From Myxococcales bacterium (GTDB lineage: Bacteria; Myxococcota_A; Polyangia; Polyangiales; DASUME01), in NCBI GenBank assembly GCA_047601445.1, contig JASGJH010000001.1, forward strand, positions 320,001 to 384,000: a DNA stretch of 64,000 nt, written 5' to 3'. This document shows, one piece after another, positions 10,053-20,010 of this stretch (its first letter is position 1; the number at the start of each line of letters is the position of its first letter). The notes beneath the pieces were generated by a model. It ran no database searches. It was not told the DNA's origin and saw only the letters and a program-made list of their open reading frames with translations. The position numbers were made by a program, and so were the translations under genes.

Positions 10053-10813
10053 AGGCGGTCCTCCAGCTCGGAAGCTTCGTTGTCCCGCTTGTTGGGATCG
10101 TCCACCAGGATCTCCGGCTCGAAGGGCACGTTGTGCACCGTGCCGCGTCCGGTGAGCGGGTGGATCTCCACCGAGTAGATGGTGTCGCTACGATCTCGCA
10201 GCTGGATCACCGCGTGCTGCGTGAGGCCGCTGGGGAAGAAGAACAGGTCGGTCTTCCCTTGCTCGCGCGGGGTCTCCTCGTGGGCCACGATGACCTTGGC
10301 GATGCGGATGTCGTCTCCCACCGGGTGTTTGGTGAAGCGCTTGAGCAGCTTGCCGCTGTCGCCCGTGATGGCGCTGAAGGCCGAGGGCGGCAGCTTGAGC
10401 TCGTCGATGGGCTTTTCGATCTTGGCCTTGGCGATGGCCCATGGATCGAGCGCCGCGCCTGGGTCCCCGCGGTCCTCGTCGCGCGCGGCCTCCTCGCGCA
10501 GCGGCGCGTCACTGCGCACCAAGCTCACGCGACCTTCGGCCTCGCTCAGCTCGACCGTGCCATCTTCCAGATTCAGCGTCATGCGTACGGTGGTGCCGTT
10601 CGCGAGCGCACGATGGAAGCCGTACTGGGACAGGGCCACCAGGCGCACGGCGGCGCTGCGCAGGTTGGTCTTCGTGATGGCCCCGAGTCCCACCGAGACC
10701 GCACTCGCCCCGATCGCGATGATGACCACCACGATCATGATCTCGATCAGGGTGAGCCCTGCCAACCTTTGGCGGCGCGATCGAGAAAGAGCATGTGTGC
10801 TCGGGGCTTGCAC
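10049..10813 (-). CDS. gspH: T2SS minor pseudopilin H
   Basis: AG|LTLIEIMIVV prepilin motif; FFPSG motif near the C-terminus. Confidence 0.85.
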   Translation of the reverse strand: MQAPSTHALSRSRRQRLAGLTLIEIMIVVVIIAIGASAVSVGLGAITKTNLRSAAVRLVALSQYGFHRALANGTTVRMTLNLEDGTVELSEAEGRVSLVRSDAPLREEAARDEDRGDPGAALDPWAIAKAKIEKPIDELKLPPSAFSAITGDSGKLLKRFTKHPVGDDIRIAKVIVAHEETPREQGKTDLFFFPSGLTQHAVIQLRDRSDTIYSVEIHPLTGRGTVHNVPFEPEILVDDPNKRDNEASELEDRL

Positions 10814-10837
10814 GTTGGACTCACGGCGTGGTTGCGA

Positions 10838-11284
10838 TCACTTGATGTCGTCTTCGGTGTCGAACTCGCCGTCTGGCCCGGCGGAGATCACGGTGATGTC
10901 GGTGCCTTCGCACTCGATGCGGTAGGCGTGGTCCCAGGGATCGGTGGTGGCCTTGCTCTTGTCGATGGCCTTGTCCTCGATCAACTGGTCCATGGTGGCG
11001 CACTCGGCGTTGTTGGTGGCGATGTAGAGCTGCACGGCGGTACGCACGGTCTCCACGCCGGACTCGGCCTGGCGCATCTTGGCCTTCTGGAGCTGAGGCA
11101 CCACGGCGATGCCGACGCCCGTGGCGACCAGGGCCATGATCACGACCACGATCATGATCTCGATCAGGGTCATACCGGCTTCGCGCAGCGCAGCGGCCTG
11201 GAGGCGAAGGTCCTCGACGCTGCGCGTGGGGTACGCGTGCACGGACTCGGACGACTTGGCGGCTTCTAATTGCGTGTCAGACAT
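10838..11284 (-). CDS. gspG: T2SS major pseudopilin G
   Basis: AG|MTLIEIMIVVVI prepilin motif; DPWDHAY and SAGPDGEFDTEDDI T2SSG motifs. Confidence 0.9.
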   Translation of the reverse strand: MSDTQLEAAKSSESVHAYPTRSVEDLRLQAAALREAGMTLIEIMIVVVIMALVATGVGIAVVPQLQKAKMRQAESGVETVRTAVQLYIATNNAECATMDQLIEDKAIDKSKATTDPWDHAYRIECEGTDITVISAGPDGEFDTEDDIK

Positions 11285-11317
11285 GTTGGAGCTCTCCTGA
11301 ATTCCCCACGCGCGGGG

Positions 11318-11743
11318 CTACATCACATTGTCGTCATCGAGGAAGGACCCGCTCGGGCCCGCACTCAGAACTTCAATCTCGGGCGCGCTGCCGTCGCAGC
11401 GCAGATAGACGCCGTTTCCCCAGGCGTCACTGGGCAGCTCGTGCAGGTAAATCACGCCCGAGCGTGGAGGGTGCAACAGCTCGTTGAGGCTGCGCGGGCA
11501 GCGCCCGACGTCGTGCACGAAGGCCTCGGTGGCGCGCGAGACCTCGCTCAGCGTGGCTCGCGTGGACAGGATGTCCGCGCGCCGACCGCCGAGCCAGTAG
11601 GCCCCCCCGAGCACGCTCGCGAAGGCCGCCAGCAGCACGAACGGGAGCACACGCCGGCCCGAGAACAGGCCGCGCAACAGGCTGTCCTCTCGCTCCCAGG
11701 GAAGCGGTAGACGCGGACTCCTCTTGCGTGCTCGTTTGGCCAC
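11318..11743 (-). CDS. GspG-like (T2SSG domain) membrane protein without a canonical prepilin cleavage site
   Basis: TM followed by DVGRCPRSLNELL, DAWGNGVY and SAGPSG..DDD; no G|FxxxE motif. Confidence 0.8.
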   Translation of the reverse strand: MAKRARKRSPRLPLPWEREDSLLRGLFSGRRVLPFVLLAAFASVLGGAYWLGGRRADILSTRATLSEVSRATEAFVHDVGRCPRSLNELLHPPRSGVIYLHELPSDAWGNGVYLRCDGSAPEIEVLSAGPSGSFLDDDNVM

Positions 11744-11747
11744 GACG

Positions 11748-12977
11748 TCAGCCTCCCGTCACGAACTCGTTCATCTGCATCAACGGCATCAAGATGGCGC
11801 CGGTGATGGCACCCGTGATGCCGCCCATCAGGAGGATCATCGCCGGCTCGAGCAAGCTCGACATCGTCTCCACCTGGGCGTCTACCTGGTCGTCGTAGGC
11901 GTCCGCCACGTTCTCGAGCATCGCCTCGAGCTCACCGGAGCGCTCGCCGATGGCGATCATGTGCGTCACGATGGGCGGGAAGCGCTTGCTGCGCGCCAGG
12001 GGCTTGGCGATGGATTCACCTTCACGGATGGCCTCGCGGGCCTCGTCGACCACGCGCATCAGCTCGGTGTTCACCAGTACGTTGCGCGTGATCTCCAGCG
12101 CCCCGAGCACCGGCACGCCGCTGCGCAGCAGCGTGGCCAGGGTGCGGGCGAAGCGCGCGCAGGCCACCTTGGTGGTGAGTGCGCCCACGATGGGTGCGGA
12201 GAGCAGGAACAGATCCCAGCGCTTGCGACCCTGCGGCGACGCATGCCAGCGCCTGAAGCCGTAGACCATGCCCGCGATACCGGCGCCCATCAGGTACCAG
12301 TAGTCGGTGAACATCGAGCTGATGAACATCAGCAGCCGCGTGTACCAGGGCAAGACCTGGCCGAAGTCATCGAAGATGGCGGTCACCTGCGGCACCACCA
12401 CGGTCATCATCACGGTGACCACGAGGAAGGTCATCACCATCATCACGGCCGGGTAGGCCAGCGCGCTCGAGACCTTGCCCTTGAGGCGGTTTTGCGACTC
12501 GAGTACGTCGGCCAGGCGCGCGAGCACCTGATCGAGGTTGCCCGACGCCTCGCCGGCCATGACCATGTTCGTGTAGAGATCCCCGAAGATCTTCGGGTGA
12601 GCCTTGAGCGCGGCGTTGAACGCGATACCTTCGTTGACCTTGTCGCGCGTGTTGGTGAGCGCGTTGCGCAGGTCTTCCTTTTCGGTCTGCTCGATCAGCG
12701 CATCCAGCGCCTCGACCAGCGGGATGCCCGCCTTCAGCAGGGTGGCCATCTGGCGCGTGGTCAGCGCCAGGTCTTGCATGGAGACGCGTGAGATCAGCCG
12801 CTTGAGGTTGATGTTGCGGGCCTCGCGTTTGCGCGCCGCACTCTCTTCCTCGAGCTGCGTGACGAGCACGCCCTGCCGGCGCAAGGTCGCGCGCAGGGCC
12901 TTGGGGCTGTCGGCATCGTCGATGCCCTTGACCTCCTTGCCCGCTGCGTTGACGCCGCGCCATGCGAAGACTGCCAT
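11748..12977 (-). CDS. gspF: T2SS inner membrane platform protein F
   Basis: Two T2SSF domains: TRQMATLLKAGIPL, GEASGNL, ALAYP, GERSGEL, LLEP. Confidence 0.95.
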   Translation of the reverse strand: MAVFAWRGVNAAGKEVKGIDDADSPKALRATLRRQGVLVTQLEEESAARKREARNINLKRLISRVSMQDLALTTRQMATLLKAGIPLVEALDALIEQTEKEDLRNALTNTRDKVNEGIAFNAALKAHPKIFGDLYTNMVMAGEASGNLDQVLARLADVLESQNRLKGKVSSALAYPAVMMVMTFLVVTVMMTVVVPQVTAIFDDFGQVLPWYTRLLMFISSMFTDYWYLMGAGIAGMVYGFRRWHASPQGRKRWDLFLLSAPIVGALTTKVACARFARTLATLLRSGVPVLGALEITRNVLVNTELMRVVDEAREAIREGESIAKPLARSKRFPPIVTHMIAIGERSGELEAMLENVADAYDDQVDAQVETMSSLLEPAMILLMGGITGAITGAILMPLMQMNEFVTGG

Positions 12978-12980
12978 CGT

Positions 12981-14780
12981 TTACTCCAGATCGCCGGCTT
13001 GGGTTGCGGCGAGCACCTCGTCCACGCTGGTGACGCCCTTGAGCACCTGCCGCGAGCCGTCCTGGCGCAGCGTGCGCATGCCGCCGAGCTGGCCCGCACG
13101 GGTGATCGCGTTGGAATCGCTGTTGTTGAGGATCTCCTTGCGCACGGCGTCAGAGATCACCAGCAGCTCGTAGATGCCGATACGACCGCGATAGCCGGTC
13201 TGCGCGCAGGCCTCGCAGCCGGTGGGGCGATAGAACACCGGGCGCTCGTTGCTGGCGCCTTCCTCGACCAAAAGGTCGCTCGAGAGGATCTCTTCACCGT
13301 CGCCCGGCTTGCTCGGCGCCCGCTGCGCGGCCCCTGCCACCGCGGTGGGCTCGTCGGCTAGCGGCGCGAACGAGCGCCAATCGATGCCCAGCGAGCGCAG
13401 GTCTTCGTTGCTCGGCAAGTACGGGGCGCGACACTTGGGGCACAGGCGACGCACCAGGCGTTGCGCCAACACGGCCATCAAGGACGACGAGATGTGGAAG
13501 GGCTGCACGCCCATTTCGACCAAGCGCGTGACGGCGCCCGCGGCGTCATTGGTGTGCAAGGTGCTGAGCACCAAGTGACCGGTGAGCGAGGCGTGGATGG
13601 CGATTTCCGCGGTCTCGTGATCGCGGATCTCACCGACCATGATGATGTCGGGATCCTGACGCAGGAAGCTGCGTAGCCCGGAGGCGAAGGTGAGGCCGAT
13701 CTTGGGCTGCACCTGAACCTGCCCGACGCCCTTGAGCTCGTACTCGACCGGGTCCTCGACGGTGAGGATGTTGACCTCGGGGCGGTTCACCTGGTTGAGG
13801 CACGCGTAGAGCGTGGTGGTCTTGCCCGAACCGGTGGGGCCCGTCACCAGGACGATGCCGTTGGGCCGGGTGATCATGTGCTCCATCGTCGCGTACTGGG
13901 CCTTGTCGAAGCCCAGGTCCGTCAGATCGAGCAGGATGTTTTCCTTGTCGAGCAGACGCATCACGATGCGCTCGCCCTTGGCGGTGGGCACGGTCGACAC
14001 GCGCACGTCGATCAGCTTGCCCTGGATCTTCTTGGTGATGCGGCCGTCCTGCGGCAGGCGCTTCTCGGCGATGTTGAGACCCGCCTCGATTTTCACGCGC
14101 GCCACGATGGAGGGCAGGAAGCCCTTGTGCGCCGACTTCGTCGGATAGAGCTCGCCGTCGATGCGGTTGCGCACCACGACCTCTTTGTCGGTCGGCTCGA
14201 TGTGGATATCGGACGCGCGGTCGCGCACGGCGTTGTAGAAGAGGTTGTTGACCCAGCGGATCACGGGCGCCTCATCGGTCATGTCGATGAGGTCCTGCAA
14301 CTCCTCTTCGTCCTGCGCCTTGCCTGAGTCGGCCAAGGCGTTCTCGTCCTTACGCTCGTACACGCGGTTGATGGCGCGCTCGATGGCGTCCACCGGCGCG
14401 GCGACGGCCGTGATCGCCACGCCGAGCAGCGCGCGTAGGTCGTCGAGCGGCGTAGGGTCGAGCGGGTTGGCCACGGCCACGGTCACGCGGGAGCCGTCGC
14501 GACCGATGGGCAGCACGCTGTGTTGACGCGCGAAATTGATGGGCGTGCGCTCGATCAGCTCGGCGGGCACGTTCTCGGCTTTGATGTCGTTGACGAACGG
14601 CAGCCCGGCTTCGTCGGCCAAGGCGCGCGCGATGGCGGTCTCATCGGCCACTCGCATGGCCAGCAGCACGTCCGGAAGCTTGGCGCCGCGCTCGTCGGCT
14701 ACACGCAGGGCTTCCTCGACGCGGTCGGCCGAGACCACGCCACGTCGCACGAGAATTTCACCGAGATAAGCCTGCTCCAT
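12981..14780 (-). CDS. gspE: T2SS ATPase E
   Basis: [15 protein letters not shown], Walker [36 protein letters not shown]...CEAC. Confidence 0.96.
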   Translation of the reverse strand: MEQAYLGEILVRRGVVSADRVEEALRVADERGAKLPDVLLAMRVADETAIARALADEAGLPFVNDIKAENVPAELIERTPINFARQHSVLPIGRDGSRVTVAVANPLDPTPLDDLRALLGVAITAVAAPVDAIERAINRVYERKDENALADSGKAQDEEELQDLIDMTDEAPVIRWVNNLFYNAVRDRASDIHIEPTDKEVVVRNRIDGELYPTKSAHKGFLPSIVARVKIEAGLNIAEKRLPQDGRITKKIQGKLIDVRVSTVPTAKGERIVMRLLDKENILLDLTDLGFDKAQYATMEHMITRPNGIVLVTGPTGSGKTTTLYACLNQVNRPEVNILTVEDPVEYELKGVGQVQVQPKIGLTFASGLRSFLRQDPDIIMVGEIRDHETAEIAIHASLTGHLVLSTLHTNDAAGAVTRLVEMGVQPFHISSSLMAVLAQRLVRRLCPKCRAPYLPSNEDLRSLGIDWRSFAPLADEPTAVAGAAQRAPSKPGDGEEILSSDLLVEEGASNERPVFYRPTGCEACAQTGYRGRIGIYELLVISDAVRKEILNNSDSNAITRAGQLGGMRTLRQDGSRQVLKGVTSVDEVLAATQAGDLE

Positions 14781-14782
14781 GT

Positions 14783-17443
14783 TCAGGGTGCCGCTGGAGG
14801 TGGAGGGGGAGGCGGTTCGGGTGCGGGAGGCGGTGCTTCCGCGGGCGCCTCGGCGGGGGCGGCGCCGTCGATCACGGTCTCGCCGTCGCTCTGGATTCCC
14901 ATGCTGCCGATGGCCGGGCGAGCCTGGTGGTCCGCCGGTGGCTCGTGCGCCATCTCGAGGGCCAGCTTCCGGTCCTCGGACAAGACGTTCATGTACTTGG
15001 AGATCTCGGCCACCAGACCGCGCGTCCGCGAGTAATCGATGGCGGGATGGTAGTCATGGGCGCCGAACACGAAGTAGCGATCCAGGAATTCCTGACGCTC
15101 GCGCATCTTGCGCTCGTAGATGGCGCGCAAATCCGCCTGCGTTCGCACGATGTAAGGCGTGAGGAACAGCAGCAGGTTGCTCTTCGACTTGGTGGTGCTG
15201 GTCTTGCGGAACAGGGCGCCGATCAACGGGATGTCACCGAGCAGTGGGATCTTCTTCTGGCTGCGATTCACCTGGTCGCGCATCAGGCCGCCGATGACCA
15301 CGGTCTGCTGGTCGCGCACGACGAGCTGCGTCTTCGCGGTACGGCGATTGATCGGGAAGGCGATGGCGTTACCCGGCACCGCCGCGCCCACGTCCGAGAT
15401 CTCTTCCTCGAGCTCGAGTCGAATCTCGTCGCTCTCGTTGATGTGAGGCGTGATGCGGATGCGCGTGCCCACGTCGCCGCGCGGCGGGCTACCGGCGAAA
15501 CCGCCGCCGAGACCACCCAGACCACCGAGCGCACCGAGACCGGCGGCGGCCGTGGCCGGGTTCGCGCCCGTCGCGCCCTGCGTGCCGGCGAGACCTGCCA
15601 GGCCGGCGAGGCCACCGAGGCCGCCGAGCGCACCTGGCGAGTTACCCTGCAGCGGCACGTTCTGACCGATGTTGATCTCGGCTTCCTCGTTGTTGAGGGC
15701 CAAGAGATGCGGCGTCGCGAGCACGTCGCTGTCGCTGGTCTGCGCGAGGGCGGCCAGCGCCACGCCGAAGGACGGCACGCTGACGCCCGCGGGACCGCCT
15801 TCGATCACTGGCCCCTGAATGCCGATGGCGATGCCGGAGAGCGCCTCCGCGCCACCAGCCGAGGAGATCTGCGAACCAATACCCGATACGCCGCCTGCCG
15901 TGAGGGCGAGCGGGTTCGTCACGCCGTAGCCGAGCACGCCGAGCGAGCCTTCCTTGGGGAAGTCGGGCACACCGGAGAAGTAGTTCAAGCCCAGGTCGCG
16001 CGAGTTGTTCACGTCGAGCGTGATGACCACGGCCTCGATGAAGACCTGACGTCGCTCGCTGTCGAGTCTGTCGATGACCTTCTTGAGCGCCGCGTAGTCA
16101 TGCAGCGAAGAGGTGATGACGAGCGAGTTCGTGGGCTCGTGGGCCGTGATGGCCACGGTGCCTTCGAACACGGCGTCAGAACCTGCGCCCGAGCTCTTGC
16201 CCTGCCCACCGGGCTGCCGCTTGGCGCTGCCGCCCACCAGGGTGGTGAGGGTCTTGGCGATCTCTTCGGAGTCGCCGTGCTGCAGGTAGTGGACGTGGAT
16301 GCCGCCGTCGCCGTCGAGCGGCACGTCGAGGTGACGGATGAGCTCGAGGATGCGCAGGTAGGCCGCTTCGGTGGCCATGATGACCAACGAGTTGGTGCGC
16401 TCGTCGGGGAGGATGTTGCTCACGCGGAAGCCCGCATTGCGCGAGCCGATGGTGGCGGGGCCCGCTCCAGCCGGCTGCGAGGCCGAGCTCTTCTTGGGCG
16501 CCGCGGCCGCGGCCGGGGCCGCACCGGCCGCGCCGCCCTTGCCGCTGGCATCGAGCGGAAAGATCTCGGTCAGGCGCGCCGCCAAGTCACTGGCGTTGGC
16601 GTGGTGCACCGGCTCGATCCAAAGCTGCTCGCCGCCGCGCTCGATGTCGATGGCGTCGACGATACGCAGCATGCGCCGGATGTTGTTGCCGGTGTCGGTG
16701 ATGATCAGCGTGTTGGTGGGCGCATAGGCCGTGACGTTGCCCTCGGCCGACTTGAAGCGTCCGAGCAGGTTGGCCACGTCTTCGGAGGCCACGTAGTTCA
16801 CGCGGTACAGGTGCGTGACGAAGCGGTCCTCGGCGGGCACGTTCTCGTCGATCAGCAGGGGAATGGTCTTGGCTTCCACGCCCTGCGATTCGACCACCTT
16901 CAGGTACTTACCCGAGGGCACCAGGGCCAGGCCGTTGAGCTCCAAGACCGAGAGGAACGCGCGGTAAGCCTCGGCCGCCGTCACCTTGCCCGGCGCGTAC
17001 ACCGTGGCTTTGATGCTGCGCGTCTTGTTCGGGATGATGAACGCCTTGCCGGTGATGCTCGACACCAGGCGCACCAGGTCCGTGAGCTCCGCGTCCTCGA
17101 GGTTGAAGGTCACCTTGGCACCAGGCGAGGTCGGCCTGAAGTCGATGCCGGTCTCGAAGGGCGGGATCTGCGGAGGCGCATTCTCGGTGGAAGCACCCGC
17201 TGGAACCTCGGTGCTGGGCCTCGGTTCGTTCGGACGCGGGCCGAGCTGGAGCGGCTTCGTGGGGTTGCGCCCTTCGCCTTCCTGGGCCTGGGCGCGCGGC
17301 AGGCTTCCGTTCGCTGCCCCGACGGCCAACAAGGCCGACAGGCTTAGCGCGGGCCATGATCCTTTGAGTCTCACGCGAGCTCCTTGCTTACTCTTTGCTC
17401 GCGCACCCGAGGGCGCGCTTCGACAGCTTCCGAGGCGGGTCAT
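14783..17443 (-). CDS. gspD: T2SS secretin D
   Basis: N0-N3 domains (FNLEDAEL, DERTNSL), QVFIEAVV, VVIGGL, KIPLLGDIPLIGALF, LLLFLTPYIV. Confidence 0.95.
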   Translation of the reverse strand: MTRLGSCRSAPSGARAKSKQGARVRLKGSWPALSLSALLAVGAANGSLPRAQAQEGEGRNPTKPLQLGPRPNEPRPSTEVPAGASTENAPPQIPPFETGIDFRPTSPGAKVTFNLEDAELTDLVRLVSSITGKAFIIPNKTRSIKATVYAPGKVTAAEAYRAFLSVLELNGLALVPSGKYLKVVESQGVEAKTIPLLIDENVPAEDRFVTHLYRVNYVASEDVANLLGRFKSAEGNVTAYAPTNTLIITDTGNNIRRMLRIVDAIDIERGGEQLWIEPVHHANASDLAARLTEIFPLDASGKGGAAGAAPAAAAAPKKSSASQPAGAGPATIGSRNAGFRVSNILPDERTNSLVIMATEAAYLRILELIRHLDVPLDGDGGIHVHYLQHGDSEEIAKTLTTLVGGSAKRQPGGQGKSSGAGSDAVFEGTVAITAHEPTNSLVITSSLHDYAALKKVIDRLDSERRQVFIEAVVITLDVNNSRDLGLNYFSGVPDFPKEGSLGVLGYGVTNPLALTAGGVSGIGSQISSAGGAEALSGIAIGIQGPVIEGGPAGVSVPSFGVALAALAQTSDSDVLATPHLLALNNEEAEINIGQNVPLQGNSPGALGGLGGLAGLAGLAGTQGATGANPATAAAGLGALGGLGGLGGGFAGSPPRGDVGTRIRITPHINESDEIRLELEEEISDVGAAVPGNAIAFPINRRTAKTQLVVRDQQTVVIGGLMRDQVNRSQKKIPLLGDIPLIGALFRKTSTTKSKSNLLLFLTPYIVRTQADLRAIYERKMRERQEFLDRYFVFGAHDYHPAIDYSRTRGLVAEISKYMNVLSEDRKLALEMAHEPPADHQARPAIGSMGIQSDGETVIDGAAPAEAPAEAPPPAPEPPPPPPPAAP

Positions 17444-18435
17444 TTGACCGAGTACTCCATGGTTCGAGCCTGGCCGCGTCGGACCATGGCGATGCTGAAC
17501 TGATCCATCTCGCGCAACTTCGTGTACGCCTCGAGAGCCGAATCCGGGCTCGACAAGTCGAAGCCGTTGATCGTCCTCAGCACGTCTCCGTTTTGGATGC
17601 CGAGCTTGCCGAGCAGGCTCGAGCGCCGAATGCCGTAGACCTTCACGCCCACGGTGCGCCCGTTCTCTTCGAACGGAATGATGCGAGCGGCGCGCATGAG
17701 CTCCGCCTGATTGGAGAGCACCTTGTCGAGCAGCGCGCGCGAGACGTTGTAGTTGGTGTCGCTGACCTGGGTGATGCCCTGGTTGAGGTCGTCTTCGCTG
17801 ACGCCGCCAGTCTTCTTCTCACCCGCCTCCGCAGGCGCCGGGGCTGGCGCGGCGGGAGCCGGCGGCGGGGTAGCCGGCTGGGGTGGCTTGAACATCGCGA
17901 TCTGGCAGAGCGGGCGCCCGGTGGGACGCAGGAACACGCGGTGCTCGCGGATACCGAGCACCTCGTGCCCGTCGACCGACATGCCCTGCCGGTACAGCAG
18001 GGACTTGCCCTGGGCTTCGATGGACGCGAACGACAGGTCAGGCTCTTGCGGTACCACCATCGACGCCACCAGGCGGATGGGGCTCGAGCAGAACTGCGGC
18101 TCACCGTAGACCTCGTCGCCGCCGCCGCCTCCTGTGACGGGAGGCTCCACGATCTCCGTGCTCACGGGGCCAGGCGCGTACCACTCCATCGGCCCAATCG
18201 TCGAGTCGAAGATGTTGCGCGTGAGAACGGCCTCGGCGATCTGACGCGTGGTCTCGCGCGTGTCTCCCGCGACCACTGGGGCGCGCACCTTCTGCTGCTG
18301 CTCCTCGGGTGCGAGCGGCAACAGCTTGGCCGCCACGATCTGCGTGGTGCCCCGCGCGCAAAGCATGGCGGTAAGCAGCAGCGTCACCAGGGTCGCTGAC
18401 ATGCGTATCGCGCGTCGCTTTTGATCTTTGCCCAT
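17440..18435 (-). CDS. gspC: T2SS protein C (HR + PDZ domain)
   Basis: N-terminal TM and C-terminal PDZ (LGIQNGDVLRTINGFDL); first gene of the gsp operon. Confidence 0.9.
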   Translation of the reverse strand: MGKDQKRRAIRMSATLVTLLLTAMLCARGTTQIVAAKLLPLAPEEQQQKVRAPVVAGDTRETTRQIAEAVLTRNIFDSTIGPMEWYAPGPVSTEIVEPPVTGGGGGDEVYGEPQFCSSPIRLVASMVVPQEPDLSFASIEAQGKSLLYRQGMSVDGHEVLGIREHRVFLRPTGRPLCQIAMFKPPQPATPPPAPAAPAPAPAEAGEKKTGGVSEDDLNQGITQVSDTNYNVSRALLDKVLSNQAELMRAARIIPFEENGRTVGVKVYGIRRSSLLGKLGIQNGDVLRTINGFDLSSPDSALEAYTKLREMDQFSIAMVRRGQARTMEYSVK

Positions 18436-18452
18436 CCGTCTCTTGGCTCGGC

Positions 18453-20009
18453 TCAGCGGTTCAGTGCCGCCTCGTTAGAGCAACCCCCGTGCCGGGTCCT
18501 CATCAGGGCCTCACTTGGCCGATTTGCGCCGAGTTGTCGCAGGTTTAGCCAATCCTGCAAGTGTCTCTCGCCGCGACATCTTGTCAGCGAGCGGGAGCCT
18601 CCCCAGGAGCCCAAAGACAAATTGTCATCGTCCTCGGCGACCGCTTCTTCGGTCGCTCCCTCGCCGCGCTCGGCGTCCAGCTTGCGGTAAATGGTTCGCG
18701 TAGCAATTCCCAGAAGTTGGGCCGCCAAGCGTTTGTCTCCCCCGGTGTGCTCGAGCGTCGCGTGGATGACCCGGCGCTCGATTTCCTCCAGTGGCGTTCC
18801 GATGGCGAAACTCAACGCCCGCTCACGTGGCGAGGCGTTCGCGATGGGTTCGGGCAGATCGCTTTCGTGGATCACGTCCTGGGTACTCAGGACCACCGCC
18901 CGCTCGATGACGTTCTCGAGCTCACGCACGTTGCCCGGCCAGTGATAGCCGCTCAGGCGATCGAGCGCCTCGCGCGAAACCCGCAGGGTGGGGCGCCCGT
19001 TCTTGCGGCTGTAGACTTCCACGAAGTGATCCACCAAGAGTGGGATGTCTTCGCTGCGATCCCGCAACGCGGGGCACGTGATCGCGATCACGTTGAGTCG
19101 GTAGAAGAGGTCCTCGCGGAAGCGCCCCTCGCTCACCTCGCGGGACAGGTTGCGGTTGGTGGCCGCGATCAGGCGAAAATCGGCCTTCTCGGTGCGACCT
19201 CCGAGCGGTTCGTAGGTGCCCTCCTGCAACACACGCAGGAGCTTCACCTGCACGTGCGGCGATAGTTCTCCGATCTCGTCGAGGAACAAGGTGCCCCCGC
19301 GCGCCTGGGCGATGCGCCCCTCGCGCTTGGCTGCTGCGCCCGTGAAGGCACCGCGCTCGTGGCCGAAGATTTCGCTTTCCACGATGGTCTCGGGCAGCGC
19401 CGCCAGGTTCACCGCCACGAACTCGCCCTTGCGCTGCGAGTGCTCGTGGACGTGGCGCGCGATGAGCTCCTTGCCCGTGCCGCTCTCACCCAGCACCAGC
19501 ACGTTGGCCGTGCTCGGTGCGGCCTGCGTCGCCACCGAGAGCGCTTTGCGCAGCGCGTGGGAGGAGCCGACGATGTTGCGCTGCTTGAGCTGGGTCAGCT
19601 CTCGGCGCAGGTCGCGGTTCTCGCTGAGCAGGGCCTGACGCTCGGCGGCCTTGCGCACCGTGGTCGCGATCTGCACGCGCTTGAGGGGCTTCTCCACGAA
19701 GTCGTAGGCGCCCTCCCGCATGGCCTGGACCGCGGTCTCGACGGTGCCGTAGGCGGTCATCACCACCACCACGCTGTCGGGCGCCACGGTCTGGAGGGCC
19801 TTGATCAGTGAGATGCCGTCCATACCGGGCATCTGGAGGTCGGTGAGCACCACGTGAACGCGATGGTTGCGACAAATTTCTAAAGCTTTTTGGCCAGTTG
19901 GGGCCACGAACGTGCGCATGCCCTCGCGCGTGAAAAGGCGCTCGAGGGACTCCAAGTTGGCCAGTTCGTCATCGACGACCAGCACCGTGATGTCACTTTT
20001 TTCGCTCAT
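18453..20009 (-). CDS. sigma54-dependent response regulator (REC + AAA + Fis HTH), NtrC family
   Basis: LVVDD...TDLQMP receiver, GESGTGKE, GAFTGA, LFLDEIG, WPGNVRELEN and HTH AAQLLGIATRTIYRKL. The last ~55 aa look non-conserved. Confidence 0.95.
   Translation of the reverse strand: MSEKSDITVLVVDDELANLESLERLFTREGMRTFVAPTGQKALEICRNHRVHVVLTDLQMPGMDGISLIKALQTVAPDSVVVVMTAYGTVETAVQAMREGAYDFVEKPLKRVQIATTVRKAAERQALLSENRDLRRELTQLKQRNIVGSSHALRKALSVATQAAPSTANVLVLGESGTGKELIARHVHEHSQRKGEFVAVNLAALPETIVESEIFGHERGAFTGAAAKREGRIAQARGGTLFLDEIGELSPHVQVKLLRVLQEGTYEPLGGRTEKADFRLIAATNRNLSREVSEGRFREDLFYRLNVIAITCPALRDRSEDIPLLVDHFVEVYSRKNGRPTLRVSREALDRLSGYHWPGNVRELENVIERAVVLSTQDVIHESDLPEPIANASPRERALSFAIGTPLEEIERRVIHATLEHTGGDKRLAAQLLGIATRTIYRKLDAERGEGATEEAVAEDDDNLSLGSWGGSRSLTRCRGERHLQDWLNLRQLGANRPSEALMRTRHGGCSNEAALNR
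18479..18494 (-). promoter_or_regulatory. sigma54 (-24/-12) promoter for the gsp operon
   Basis: Minus strand CGGCACGGGGGTTGCT has exact GG-N10-GC spacing and matches YGGCAC-N5-TTGCW, about 44 bp upstream of the gspC ATG. Confidence 0.75.
18574..18627. promoter_or_regulatory. Pair of candidate enhancer (UAS) palindromes GACA-N3-TGTC
   Basis: CGACATCTTGTCA (18574-18586) and AGACAAATTGTCA (18615-18627), 41 bp apart and 80-135 bp upstream of the sigma54 site. Confidence 0.6.
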
Positions 20010-20010
20010 T

